Source: Octopus vulgaris (Eukaryota). From it: a stretch of 64,000 bases of DNA. Position 1 is the first letter of the stretch, and each line of letters begins with the position of its first letter. Position numbers and translations under genes: made by a program. The stretch spans positions 2,976,001-3,040,000 of the forward strand of contig OX597828.1 of the NCBI GenBank assembly GCA_951406725.2, read 5' to 3'. This document shows positions 50,456 to 64,000 of this stretch, piece after piece. The notes beneath the pieces are model-generated. The model searched no databases. It worked only from the letters and a program-made list of their open reading frames with translations, and was not told the origin of the DNA.

Positions 50456-53400
50456 GACAGTAAGAAGAGAACAATAGAGGACAAATAGAACATGAATCTA
50501 GTTTATTGGATAGTAACAGTTGAGTGGATGATAATAAAAGTACTGTCAAAGTTTGTTACTCATTCCAAGTTACATTTGTTTGTAATTATTTACTGATAAA
50601 TTCCTGTAGAATTGAATTCTATCTGAAGCAAACCCCCATCTTAGGTTTTCACAGTTAGTCAAGTTCACAGATTCTCCAGCTAGAAATACCATTTAATATT
50701 TGCTAGTGTAAATGTTGGAGAAAAAGTATTAAATTCTAACTCTGTCCTTCCTAGTAATAAACTAGAATGTAATTCTAGTGATAGTTTTTATCAACATATA
50801 TAGACAAAATAACCAAGACTCCCATTTAAAATCTTTGACAGATTCAGTTCTGTTTATTACAAACTTCTGGGCCCAGTTTGCTGAAATTTTAAATTGTGAC
50901 TGTTTTCACTTGGAAAGTAATATGGGTACATATTTTCTGCAAGTTAAATCTGTGGACTTGTCTAGATTTCTGGTCGTAGGCATTTTAAATCCATTTATAA
51001 TGTTAATTTTATTGTAAAAGGTGTGGATATTTGTGAACACTTTTTTTCTAACACTTGAGTGATTGTAATAAAGTTTCAGCTCTGTCTAAACACAAACCTT
51101 TTTGTACCTAATTGCATGCTACTGAAAATGTGCTTATAACAAAATTTGGTGGTGTCTGCATGCAGCCGATATTAGAGAAGTTTTGTTTAGGATTTATTTC
51201 TTATGCATCATATATTTTGGAAAATATCAATTAGTAACAGAAACAAATTTTTTATAACAAGAACTTAAAAAATTAATATACCTAAATTACTAAAAACGCT
51301 GCTTGCATTAAGTTTACTTTCTCTTATGTTACTCAGCTTTTCATGTAATATAAAAACCAAAGTTTTACTGATAATTGTTATTCTCAGCTGAAACAGAAAT
51401 CATTGAGATATGATTTTTAGATTGTTATTAGCTAAAATTAAACAATATCTGCTATTGAAGAATTGGGAATTGAAATATCGTATATATTTCTAGAAACATT
51501 CATAAAATGGGCATTAAATTGTATATAATTAGATATCTTTTTGTTTTCCCTCATAATATAGAAATATGATAGTTACTGAACAAGATTACATGTAAATAAG
51601 AGATTATGTGTAGATAAGGAATTTAGTATTTTAGATTTATTGATGGATAGATAATGAAAAACTTCAGAGGTATTCTTCGGTTCCTTTCTTTGTTTCTTCA
51701 AAAATACTTTGTAGTTCTTGGTTCTTTTGAGTGTACATGTCTATGTAGGGAATAATTACTTCATTTGTGTATTCTGTAGAGAAATAATTTGGGGAGGTGT
51801 CATTGCAGTCAAACATTCATTTGGTGAAGAAATGATTTGTTCATATCCTGAAAACAAAACTCTGTGTTATTGGGTTTTGTTTGTAAGAGAACCTACACAG
51901 TCAGTGCTTTTATTTTTGCTACAGATTAAATTCCTCATTTCCCCCTTATTATTAAAACTTCTACATCTCAAGTTACATTCCCTCTTTGAATTCGAATGAA
52001 AAACAATGATTTATATATATATCTTCTCACAATTTTATTGAAGCTGTTACTTCCTAAGACCAAAACTTTTAACTGTTACCACTTAGTACTTGAACTAGAG
52101 ACTTGCAATAGTATTCACTGGTCATGTGGAATCCAAAGTTGCAATGACATCATTTGTTTACTCTAAACTAGGAGGTTATTTACTTCATTTTTCCAACTTA
52201 CAGCCAAATCATGTTGAAACACAAGTTTTCAATGGATCAGCAAATTTAAGCAGCAACAGCCCTGGTTAGTTATCTTTTTTTTAAATTGTCAATTTCCTTC
52301 CCACTTTTTTAAATCTATTTTAATTTTCTCTTCTTTTTTATGAATTTATTTCCCATCTAAAAATCAATTGATCTTGTTCCGTTCTTGAGTGATTCCGGAA
52401 ACCCAGTGACATTTTGCATTGTTTGTTGTTGTGTTTAGCCCTGGGTTACTCCTAATTAAGCAGACCTAAGACCAAAGGTGACCTAATTGTAACTATACTG
52501 TTGATTTTTACATCATGACTACATTGTCCTGTATACCCAGCCCTTACGAAGATGACTGTGATTGTAGGAAAATTGGCTGCTATTTCTAGTTAGTCAAAAA
52601 TACCTATTATACAGTATATACCTTCAACCACTGCTGATCTACCCAAGTATTTTACTGGTAACCCACAAAACCAACTCTGGGTGGGATTCTATCCCTGTGC
52701 ATAGTTCATATGTGTGTGAGCAGAGATGAAATCTAGAGTAAGTTCTGAACCACTTAAACATGTTGGTCAAAATACCCAAGATTGCTTGTTACTGGTACTT
52801 ATCTTATCAGTCTGTGAGGAATGAAAAAACTAAACCTCTGAACAGTAAGCTCTGTACTAGAAAATGTCTTTATCCTGTTGTTTTACCTATTGTGGTCTGT
52901 GTATGAATTAGGTGCAGTCCTGGTAAGATTTGACCATAACATTATAAACTATTGGGTATACGAGATTAGACTGGTGACCTTCTGGCTGCACTGTGCAGTT
53001 TGACCCTGGGGTTAAACAGTAGAGCATATGGTTCTCACTTAACACAGGAATTATTTAACTAAATCATTGGTTTTGTGAAATTGGTGTTTTTTTTTTGTTT
53101 TTCTGTTGCAACAGTTATAGGTTGAGATAAATTTTATGTCTTTGAATCTAGTTAAAGTGATTTTCCCGAAAAACCTTGTTTTTTAGAATGTAGTCATCTA
53201 GTAAACAATTGATAGCTTTTCCTAAGAAGCCTTGGTACTTATTTTCCACTGATGTAAACTGATATAGAAATAAGTGACATATTTTGAGTGACACAAATGT
53301 ATGTTTATTTACCAGCTCATGCATTATTAGTTCATAAGGTATTGTCTAAATTTTTTAATTAATGAGATCACTTCATTAATATTTTTGAACTCATTCCAAA

Positions 53401-53992
53401 TCATGAGATGGTCGACTTCATCTCTACTTCTGAAAATGAAGTAAATTATCTCGTTAGTTTCCATTTCATTTATTGGTGATTTCAATATATTTGAAGTAGT
53501 CTCTTTCATCTTTACTTTCTCTAAAGTATTAAAGTGGAGCCAAACTTTTTATCCTTTATTGCTACAGTCTCTGCAAACTGAAAATATTAAGTTTAGTTAG
53601 CAACATGCCTATCAAATGGTTGGTATTGGCTTGAGCATTTATGGGTAGATGTGACTGTCTAATCCTGAGGACCTGCAAATTTAATAACCAGTTATTATCA
53701 TTATTGTCATGCTTACTAATCATTGTCACAACTATCCTTGGTGAAGAAAAACTTGTAAATTCTTTAAAAACAAACCAATGTTCATTTTTGTACATGGGTA
53801 AAACCAGTAAAAAAAAGAGAAAAAAACAATTTCTGGTGATCAGGTGATTACTCTAAAGTAAATGATTTTCTCAATGTGTTTTCTTTTCTTCAAAGAATTA
53901 CTTCCTGCATCAAGTTAAAACATCACTTTGGTTTGTTCTTAAATTTCAATTATTTAATTTTGAGAGTCTCTCTTTTTCTTTTTTCTCTCCAG

Positions 53993-54088
53993 TACATGAT
54001 GGTCTCTGATACAGATGTGAAACGCCAAGAGTACAAAGTAGTGGAAGCTAGAAAGAAACTTCAAGATGCTCTTGTAGGAGTTTCATAA
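53993..54088 (+). CDS. MBD2/3: MBD2/3 exon 6 (coiled coil and stop)
   Basis: Long pyrimidine tract plus ccAG; YMMVSDTDVKRQEYKVVEARKKLQDALVGVS*. Matches the p66/GATAD2-binding coiled coil (D.RKQE.RV...RK.L..AL). Spliced CDS 735 nt = 244 aa. Confidence 0.96.
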   Translation, partial: YMMVSDTDVKRQEYKVVEARKKLQDALVGVS

Positions 54089-55803
54089 TTTTGTGAGTTT
54101 CATCTACTTGTTTGTCTTTGACAATTTCATGGTTTTGGTAGTATAAATTTTTCTGTCATTGATTTGATTCTGTTTTTGAATTAAACAACCACCTATTATG
54201 GTCAGCTTTTAAAATATTTGCATACTTGAATTTCGAAAATTGAGTATACTAATCTGTTAGTTGAAGAATAAAGATTTTGTGACCCATTACCAGCATTGGC
54301 TTGTATTTGTGACTCAATGTAGATTGTACTGTGAGGTGTTTTCTCATGGTGCATGGTAACAACTGTCTCCTCATTGATTTTGTATAGCTGCTCTCTTCAT
54401 TGGTTACTATATCTATTCTCATGGAAGAAGCTGACTTCTCTGGTTGCATGTGTTGACAGTTATGCCTTTATGCCGGCCAATGCTGTGATTTGGAAATTAA
54501 TGTAGAAAATGGAGTGAGGAATGCTAGTTTATAATGCTGACCAAAATCCTCTTATTGTTTGTTGAAATGGTAATAAGAAATCTCTCCAATGTATCCTCTC
54601 CTGGCTAATAACATAAAAATTAATTATTCATCATTGCCCCTCTAATTCACTTTTTGTATATTATCGTCATTTTAACATCCACTTTTCCATGCTAACATGG
54701 GTCAAATGGAGTTTATTGAGGCAGTTGCCAACCCTTACCTGTTTCCAAGCGAGTAACATTTTCTCATGGCCAGACATGTTCTTGTGGAATATTGGAAAGG
54801 AATGACACTGCTTGGCTTATATGACAGTGACATTCATTTGATAACCATCATGCAATGTCAAGACAAGGTGACACAAACTCAAAAATATATATACATTCAT
54901 ACTTGTATATATATATATATATAAGCAGATGATGGGTTTTTTTAGTTTCTGTCTACCAAACCCACTCTCAAAGCTTTGGTTGGCCTGGGCTGTAGAAGAA
55001 AACACTTTCCAAAGGTGCCATGCAGTGAGACTGAACTCAGAACCATGTGGTTGGGAACCAAACTTCTAACCATACAGCTATGCCTCTGTGCTAGTATTAT
55101 TACAATATCCTTTATTTTAGACTTCATTTACTATCAGTTTTGTATTTTGTTCATTCTGCTCCTATTCTAATGCCATGACCAAACTGTTAGTCATTTCTTT
55201 TCCAAAACAACACACCCAGTCTTTATTCCATTCACTAGTCTCTACTTTAAATCTTTTTCTTAGATCCAGGCTTTTTTGTTTTCTTTTTCATAAACACCCA
55301 ATCACTTATAGATGATCTCTCTCTCCCTCTTCCCTCTCATCTTCTGTTCTTGTCTCACATCATTCAACAAACATCTCATTTTCTTCATTCTTTTCTTTTT
55401 TTCTTTTTGGATGATAAACAGAGAGATAGTCTTTGAAAGATCTAAGCCCATAACCTCTTGGAATTCAACCAACAAGTTTCTTCCACTGAAAGCAATGCAA
55501 ATAATAGAGATTAAGTTTAAGACATTTTTCCCCCCTGTTTTATGTGTCATTCATTTTAATAACCTGCTTCTTTTAATCTCTCTCTCTCTTCCAGAGCTTT
55601 TCTTAAATGTCAGCCACAGCAGCAATTGTAGCTACAACAGATGACAACAGAAGCACCAGCAGTAACAAGAGCACTGATGGCATTGATGGCTGATATCTCT
55701 TCTCCCTCTCCACCGAACTACAACCATGGACATTATAATGTTTCTTTTTCTTTGTTCCTGTTTCTCATGATATTAGGTGTAATTCTATATATAAACAATG
55801 CAT

Positions 55804-55851
<48 letters not shown>

Positions 55852-58800
55852 CATACCTACACACATGCACACATGTAAATGTATAGAATACAATTGGGTC
55901 AAATTGGCTGTCACCTCTGTCAGTGATGAAGCTGATTCATAAACACAATATATGTATGTATAAATGATGTACAGATTTGTGTGTACATACATGCATGGAT
56001 TCAGAACTTAACAATATTGTGTGTGTGTGTGTGTCTGTGTATGCCTCTATATCTGTATGCATGTGTGTACGTGTATAACCATCCATGTTTACATGTATAA
56101 ATCTTGACTTCCATCTTCTCTTCAGAGCTGGCCATGTTGTTGTGTGTGATGATGCTAGCCAAAATGCTTATAACAGTCAATCACTTATTCAAAAAGGACA
56201 TGATTCTTTGCATACACACACACACACACGCCATCGGCCTTCATTTCATTCACTTTCATTTTTAAGTTTCTTTGACACATTTGAGATAAATTATATTTTC
56301 ATTTTATGATTCAGCTTATTGTCACAGACTTTCATATTCTATCTGTATTGTAAAAGAGGAAATAACAGGCCTGTGACTGATTGTGTTTACTCAAAGTTGT
56401 TATATACTATCATATGAAGTTTAAAGTTTATTTGTATTCACATAAGGGTGGCAGAGAGGGTAGAAAGAGTTGTAGAGTGGAACAGGTACTCTACAATATC
56501 TAATTTGGCGCCACATATTTCTGTTTTCAAATTCTGCCAGGCCCAAAATTCCTCTTATCTTTCCATGGGCTGATAAAGTATCAGTATAATATTGTGGTAG
56601 AATCAATGAACTGTACTCTACTCTCTTTACAAAAACAGCCTTGTTCTTAACAACAGAAGTCCTTATTTGGATTCATGGGGCAGCTGGGCATGATGGTAAA
56701 ACAGCAAGCTGTTGGGAAACTGGATCCATATGACAGTTCTAGTGCTTATTATGAGGCTACTTATAGGAGCAAAAATGTTTTGGGCATCAAATCTCCATTT
56801 CTGTGTCCCATCTTCACTATAAATCTATGTATTTTTGCCAATGTAAGAGCATTGTTTGAAATTTAAACAATTTTTTAGTGAATAAGACTGTGAAACGGAC
56901 CCAGATGATTAGATACAGAAAAAGTGCCAGACAAAAATGAAGAATTTGAAATAAATTAGAAGATAGTTCAAATCCATTGTGTAACAAGATTATCATGGTT
57001 AACCTGGCCCCTTGATAAATGAATGTAATAAAGAGCTCCGTGTATGTATGTGAAATAGCTTCAAGATTATCATCATTATCAATAGTAGCAGCAGTAAAGT
57101 GTTATTCAGTGACTCAGTGATCAGCAGCATTACAATATCCTGATGATTATAATTCAGTTATGATTAGTTTGACAACATTACTCTGTTGAATTTTTGATTT
57201 GATCCACATTGTTCCGACTGCTGAGTTCCTGACTTAGTCTGGAGTCACAATATTAGTCATCTCCAATTTATTTCAGATATAGAATCACATCAGTATATCT
57301 TGTTAGTATCAGAAGAGAATTTTGAACCAATGTTATTTGATAAATTCTCTTCATTCATCAATCTAACGTTATCATAAATCATTTCTGTTAAGTGGCTTGA
57401 GCTAATGTTTTAATTTTACTGTGGGGCCAGAGATTCTGGCAATGTCAGGGACCACATACTCAACTTTATTGTTTTACTTATTAAGGTTGCTTTAGAGTTG
57501 TTGATTACTAGCAATTACTTTGTCATATATACTTATGTCCCCCCCCCACTAAACACAGGGCTCCAGATTTATAGGTGAAGTGGGGAAATGGGATATAAGT
57601 ATAAATGAAAGAAAATAATCTTTTAGCTGCGAAATAAAATTGGAGCCGTGGAATTTGCTCACTGGCAGATCAGCTCTTCTGTAGTACTTGCCATAGTTTT
57701 TATATTATCATTTATTTCAAGATACATTTCTGTTCAATAAATATATTGAAAAGGAGAAAACTGAAAATACATAAACAATGCTAATATTGTCACTGATTCA
57801 GCTGGCCATACTGTTGCCTCTAATTATACAAGTTGACCCTAGTCATAAAGAAATCAAGTAAGACTACAAATATTTAAACTAATAAATCTATAAAACAATA
57901 TTGTTTCTCACATTTCTATTCAACCGATCCATTCATTACTTTGTTGGTGTTTTTTTCTGTATTTCGTTGCAGTTATTTTCCTCCAGTTTCCATGTTCTTC
58001 CAGTTTCTCTCTTTTATATCAATATAAATTATTAGAAAAACCAAATAACTTTTTTTTTTTCATTATGATGAATGATTTTTCGATATTTGGAACATTTTGA
58101 GGAGTAGGGATTACTGGTTTGAAGAGATACACATTTATTCATCGGCATTACATTTAGATATTTCAGGATGTGAAGATGGGGAGCTGGCAGAATTGTTTGC
58201 ATGCTGGGCAAAATGCTTAGTGGCATTATGTCTGTCTTAATGTCCTGAGTTCAAATTCCACTGAGGCCAGCATTGTCTTTCATTATTTCAAGGTCAATAA
58301 AGTAACTACCAGTTGAACACTGGGGTTGATGTAATCATCTTCTCCTCCTCCTGAACTTGCTGGCCTTGTGTCAAAATTTGAAACCAGTATTTCAGGATGT
58401 CGTCTAGCCATAGTAAGGAAGCCAAATAGACTGCAAGATCTCTTTGTAACTGATGAATATTTCATTAAATTGAGTATTGTTTTGGTGCTTGGAGATTGGT
58501 GTATTTCATATAGTTTGTGAATTTTCTCAAAACCTCCATTACTACTCATTATTGTTGGGAACAATGAATTACTCAATATGATTCTTTTGGAGATGGTTGA
58601 CCTTGATGGGAACACAGATACTGATTTATTTAAAAATATTTTGATGTGATTAGTTTTAAATGGTAATTTTTGCCAGTAACAAAAAAAAAGAAAGAAATGA
58701 AACATCAAGTATCTAGGACCCACTGGCTCATCATCATTTAACATCTGTTTTTCAGGCTGGCATGGGTTGGACAGTTTGATAGGAGCTAGAGAGCTGCACC

Positions 58801-60199
58801 AGACTCTGTTTTGCTATAACTTCTATGGCTGGATACCTTTCTTAACACCAACCACTCTACAAAGTGTAACAGATGCTTTTTACATGCTATGGGCATGGGT
58901 GCATTTACATGGCTCTGGGACTACTTAAACTAATTCACAGTGACCGAGACCAGCAAATATAGGCAAGAGAATAGAATAAGATAGGACAATTAGCTGCATA
59001 ATTGTTGCTATGAAGTTTTAAATGTTGTACACTTAACATGTTAAGTGAAAATAAAACAGTTGATATCCATTCTTACTTCCAATATATTGTCTTTGAATCA
59101 CAGGAATAAATAATCTGGACAAGGCTGGCGGTCACCAAGAAGGTAACAGAAAATAGTGATTTCTAAATTAGGATGCTTCTTTGCATGATAGCTCTGATTG
59201 AAGAAATGGCATATAATCAAAGGTTGTCCATACTTGACCCTCATATCTTTTTGTATATCTAGGACTGAGTATAAGAGGAAATATAGCGTGCATGAAAGAA
59301 GACTACTGATACAAGGATATGATGGTATATGGAAGATGACTACTATGAGAAGAGCAGGTTGCTCAAAATGGATGGAGGTTGTGGTAGATACAGGTCCAAG
59401 AATTCATGGGGTGGGTTGGTGAAAAATGATCTGTGGATACTGTAAAGTGATTGGCATTAGGAAGGACATTCAGATATAGAAGGCTTGCTACTGCAGAAAC
59501 TATAATTCAATGCACTTCTCTGGTTCATTGGATCCTATTGAAATATAGATAGCAAATGATGGTGTATGTGTGGGTATGCATATATATCTGCACACACATG
59601 TGTATATGTATATATATATGTTCAAATAGGAAACTCCTTTACACAGATGATGCAAACTGGCTTACACTGCTGATGACATAGAACACGGATATTTTGTATG
59701 GCCTTTGATCTTAAAATAGCTCTGGAAAAACCAAGGTAATGTTCACATATACACCAGGCAAACCGTATGTCGAATCTGATATCGTAGTATATGGTAGAAG
59801 ATTGCATGTAGGTGACAGCTTTGAGCAGCATGTGATTGAGAGGTGGCTCCTTAGATGCTGAAACACATCTACGCATTCAGAAAGCATAGCAGTTGGGAAG
59901 CTTGAAAAGAAAGTCTGGGCAAGTTACAGCCTCACCAACAAAGCCAAGCTGGGCATTGACAAGGTTTGAAACATTCTCAGTACAACGTAGGCATCTCAAG
60001 CTACTTTGAGTACTTCTATGAAAAATACTTGAGACTCATACTGAACATGAAACAGCAAGGTAAAACACCTGACTTTATAAAAACATTCAGTTACTCATAT
60101 CCACTCAGCTGCAATGGTCAGGCCTTGTGGTGTGTATGGAGGATAATAGGATTGCAAAACACTTGAAGAGTTCATAGGCTAACCAAGAAACTCTCATAG

Positions 60200-61290
60200 A
60201 ATGTAACCAAATGAGGTTTATTTTACAAAGTCCACACACTTTTCCATCAATGTTGCAGTACTTGAATCTTATTGCTGAAGATTTCATCCTGTTGGTCAAA
60301 AAGTACTTTACAGCAGATACATTGCGTCATCATCATTGTGATACTGGTTCCCAGCCAACTGTTTTCTCTCATGTTGCAGAACATGATAGTAAGATAGGGC
60401 TAAATCAGGAAAGCAGGGACAGTCCAGAGCCTGTCACTCACAGCAGCCATTGAAAGCAAGGACTTGTGTGCTTGGTGCATTGTTCTGATGAAATAACTCA
60501 CTCATCATTTTTCCTGGGCGTTTGGTCTTCATAGCCTTTCATAACTCCTTCAACAAGTTGGCATAGTACCCGCCATTAATAGCCCTTTTGAAGATAGTCA
60601 ATAAACACAACACCTTTTGCATCCCCCAAAACTGCAGATGAAACGACCTTGGTCGTCTTTGGAGCAGGTGAGGAGGAGTGTTTCCACTGCATCGATTGTC
60701 TCTGGCTCAAATGATACCCAATACTCGTTCCGGGTTAGGAAACATTTAAAGAAACCAGCTGGATCTCAAACAATGTCAGATTTTCTTGTGATGTGATCAG
60801 ACTCGTGAGCTTTTGATCAGGTGTCAGAAGATGTCACGCCAAGTTCATTGAGCAGAATATTTTCAACTTTCTCACGGGATATGCTCATTACATTCGCTAT
60901 TTGATTTATAGTCTATCGCCTGTTGTCCATCATCATGTGGTGAACACGACCAATGTTTTCCTCGGTGGTGGCAGTTGAAGAATGTCCAGACCTTGGGTCA
61001 TCTTCAAGACTCTCCTTTCCCCTACCTAAATTCAGCTGCCCACTTCTGCACTGCTGATAAAGCTGGAGCGTCATCCCCTAATGTAGCAACCATGTTAGCA
61101 TGAGTATCCTTAGGGGCTAAACCTTTCTGCAGGTACAATGCCAAATTTCGTCCATTTTCAGAAGTCACTACTGGTTACCTCTTTCAAAGGCCAAATGTCA
61201 GTTTAGCTGGAAAGAAACAATATAATTAATGCATGCAAGATCTCACATCTGTCCTTCATAGTCAGCCTATGAACATTTCAGCCTAACTTA
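60200..61290 (-). mobile_element. Degenerate mariner element
   Basis: Minus-strand remnants 'ESLEDDPRSGHSSTATTEENI' and 'FHQNNAPSTQ'; many stops. Confidence 0.7.
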
Positions 61291-61805
61291 CATGATGAGC
61301 TGTGTACAGCAAAGGACCAAACCCGAAACTACATGGTCCCTCGTCCAGACCCACTGCATGGCACCTTGGGCCAGTGTCTTGTACTATAGCCTTGTGAGTG
61401 GATTTGGTAGACGGAAACTGAGAGAAGTCCGTCGTGTGTGTATGTATATATATATGTGTGTATCCCGCCACTGCTTGACAACTGGCGTTGGTTTGTTTAT
61501 ATCCTCGTAACTTAGTAGTTCGGCAAAAGCGACCAACAGAATAAGTACCAGGCTTGAAAAAATATATACGTACTGGGGGTCGGTTTGTTCGGCTAAACCC
61601 TTTAAGGCGGTATCCCAGGATGGTCGTAGTCTAATGACTGAAACAAGTAATATATATATATATATATATATATACACACCATCATATATGTATGTATCTG
61701 AAAGCAGGGGTGGAGTAGAGAAATAGATAAAGTAATCGTGTTTGTCAGAGTATGCAATACACAAATGATGATGAGTCTAGATATAAGGCAACTAAACGGT
61801 AATAG

Positions 61806-63418
61806 TTTAGAGATAATGCGATGAATGATTTTTTGAATCTTGAAACTAAGCTGAACGTATCAACACTCTTTCCTCAGGTGGAATTAACAGATGTACAGAA
61901 GGACCGTTTTTGTAAGACCCTTCAGCAGACGATCGACAGCGACTTCAACGGATGTGTTGACCAATGGTCCAATGGTTTCTTTGACATATATAGGGGCTAT
62001 CGATATAGTGAGATAAATGAGGAGGGTGTAAGTCTGGAGTTTTGTGACGCAACTGATCTTACAATTTGCAACACACACTTTAAGAAACAAGCAAACCACC
62101 TCATCACCTATCGATCTGGCATGCACACAGGCCAGATTGTTTACATTCTCACCAAGAAACGGCGACAAGAGCTATTGAAAATGCCAGACCTTTCCGTGTA
62201 GAGAATGCATTATACAACAAAAATTGGTCGCTAACAACTTCTGAGTCAAAGCTAGACAGACGCATGAATGAACGACGACACAGAGAAGAAAGATATGGAA
62301 GAAAAATTGCACAGTTGGGAATATATTTAGAGAAGTTCTGACTGACGCATATAACTGTAGTGAGTTAGATTTTGATACCCGAGACTGGAGTAAAGTCCCG
62401 ATCAAGCCAAAAGTTACACTGTGGAATGATAAGGTATGAGACATAAGCTTGGAAAATCTGGAGAGATGGTGGTAGTATGGAGCATTGCCAATGGCTTGAA
62501 GGGCATCTAGGCTACATATATACTTGGCTGAGGATGAGGATGAGATTTGCGCATGTCCTGCAATGTGAAGTGTTCAGGACAGTTAGTGAGAACCGAAATG
62601 TTATTGGTGAGAAGTGTATTCAGAGTGATGAAGGCATACTCAGCATCAATATGGAAGACAAGAAGCTGGCTTAGGAGTGTTATTATGCGAGGTTGTATTA
62701 TTTTGCATTATTTTTAATACTATCTTAATTCATCATCATCATCATCATCGTCTTCTCTTCTTCTAAGCGACGTAATCATACTGGTTTTATATCGTGCGTG
62801 TGTCTAAACACAAATCAGTCTTTATCTGTTAGATAAGGGCAACAACAATCGCTGGATGTCATCATTTTGTACTATTGACATGAAGACCACAGCATCTCAC
62901 GTCCGTAAGTTGTTAGATAGAAAGTGTTAAAGTAGATTTTCTTCCTTATGAATATAAAAGTATGGAACGAGGAGCAGCTGTAAAAGTACAAAAATATTCA
63001 TTCTATTTGAGGAATTAAAAAAAAAAAAATTCCAAAAATATGATGAATTGCTTGCAGTGATATATATAATTTATTGATCTGTCTTAGACTTATTTTTGCC
63101 GTTTCAGGATAATTCTAAACCCACAGAGGTAAAATATGTCAGCTTAAAATATATTTGAAAAAATCAATCTTTCTTGTCCTCTTATTTTTTGTATCTGTTT
63201 TCTTTGCTCGCAAACCCGAATATTTGTATGACTTATTAGAATGTATGTGGGTACACCTAGGCGACCAATGGATTAAAAGATAAAAGTGACATAGTTTTTA
63301 TTTAAAGTTCTTTTCTTCCACCACATAAATTGAATACCCAGAGGCTTGCGACTTTTCTTTCCTTTTAGAGATAATGCGATGAATGATTTTTTGAATCTTG
63401 AAACTAAGCTGAACGTAT
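61806..63418. repeat. Perfect 55-bp direct repeat pair (61806-61860 and 63364-63418)
   Basis: tttagagataatgcgatgaatgattttttgaatcttgaaactaagctgaacgtat occurs twice, identically. Confidence 0.95.
61861..62690 (+). mobile_element. Degenerate RTE-clade LINE fragment (APE and linker)
   Basis: 'QKDRFC..SDFNGCV..LEFCDATDLTICNTHFKKQANHLITYRSG..QIVYILT'. Confidence 0.8.
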
Positions 63419-63891
63419 TTAGAATGACATTTTAACACGAGTCGTCAATCTACGTTATACATAGTAAAACAGGCGAGGAAATATAGAAAACTGTACTGAA
63501 TTAAGTAGCAACCGAGGAGTTTGGAAGATTATGAAGTTGAGATAAAACCTATCCCTACAATAATAGAATAGCTGTCGTTGCTTAGCTCCAGGTCAAACTG
63601 ATTGAGCAAATGTACAATCAAAGATTTGCTTAATCAGTGTTGTATAATCAAAGATATTCCAGAAATTACTACCCCTGATTTTAGGTGTTTCTTTATTTTT
63701 TATCTTTTACTTGTTTTAGTCGTCAGACTGCGGCCATGCTGGGGCACCGTCTCGAAGAATTTTTAGTTGAATGAATCAATCCCAGTACTTATTTATTTTT
63801 GAGCCTGGTACTTATTTTAGCGGCCCTTTGCTGAACCGCTAAGTTACGGGGACGTAAACACCCCAACAAGCGCTGGTGGGGAACACACACG

Positions 63892-63934
<43 letters not shown>

Positions 63935-64000
63935 CGAGCGTTTAGTTTCCATCTACCAAATCCACTCACAAGGCTTTAGGTTATATTACAAGACACTTGC

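Noticed and set aside
54100-60200. Additional genes or exons downstream of MBD2/3
   Set aside because: Only short ORFs with no recognisable motifs or consistent splice sites; probably 3' UTR, intergenic DNA and decayed repeats. The poly(A) site cannot be fixed from sequence alone.

Overview
AT-rich, repeat-dense animal genomic DNA. The (TA)n/(CA)n/(CAT)n microsatellites, RTE-LINE tails and one abundant tRNA-derived SINE suggest an octopus-like coleoid cephalopod (inferred, not proven). Most ORF-track entries are microsatellite or transposon noise. Manual splicing gives two host genes, head-to-head with ATGs about 3.9 kb apart. (1) A complete 6-exon MBD2/3 gene on + (16161-54088, 244 aa, all introns GT-AG, phases consistent). 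(2) The 5' part of a TERB2-like meiotic telomere-bouquet gene on - (exons 12282-12168, 11529-11448, 3198-3059, and an ambiguous exon near 2410-2533); the ORF track misses it entirely. The introns hold a near-full-length Tx1/L1-type LINE, mariner/Tc1 copies, hAT and Tigger-type MITEs, and RTE, CR1-like and RLE LINE fragments. The most unusual items are: a tRNA-headed (Pol III A/B box) short element carrying a minimal hammerhead ribozyme; a second repeat family with a non-canonical hammerhead-like core; a 5.4-kb Penelope-derived structure with about 1-kb near-identical inverted arms around a degenerate tandem array; and a cluster of nested palindromic MITEs between the two genes. Transposon boundaries are approximate unless TIRs or TSDs are quoted.
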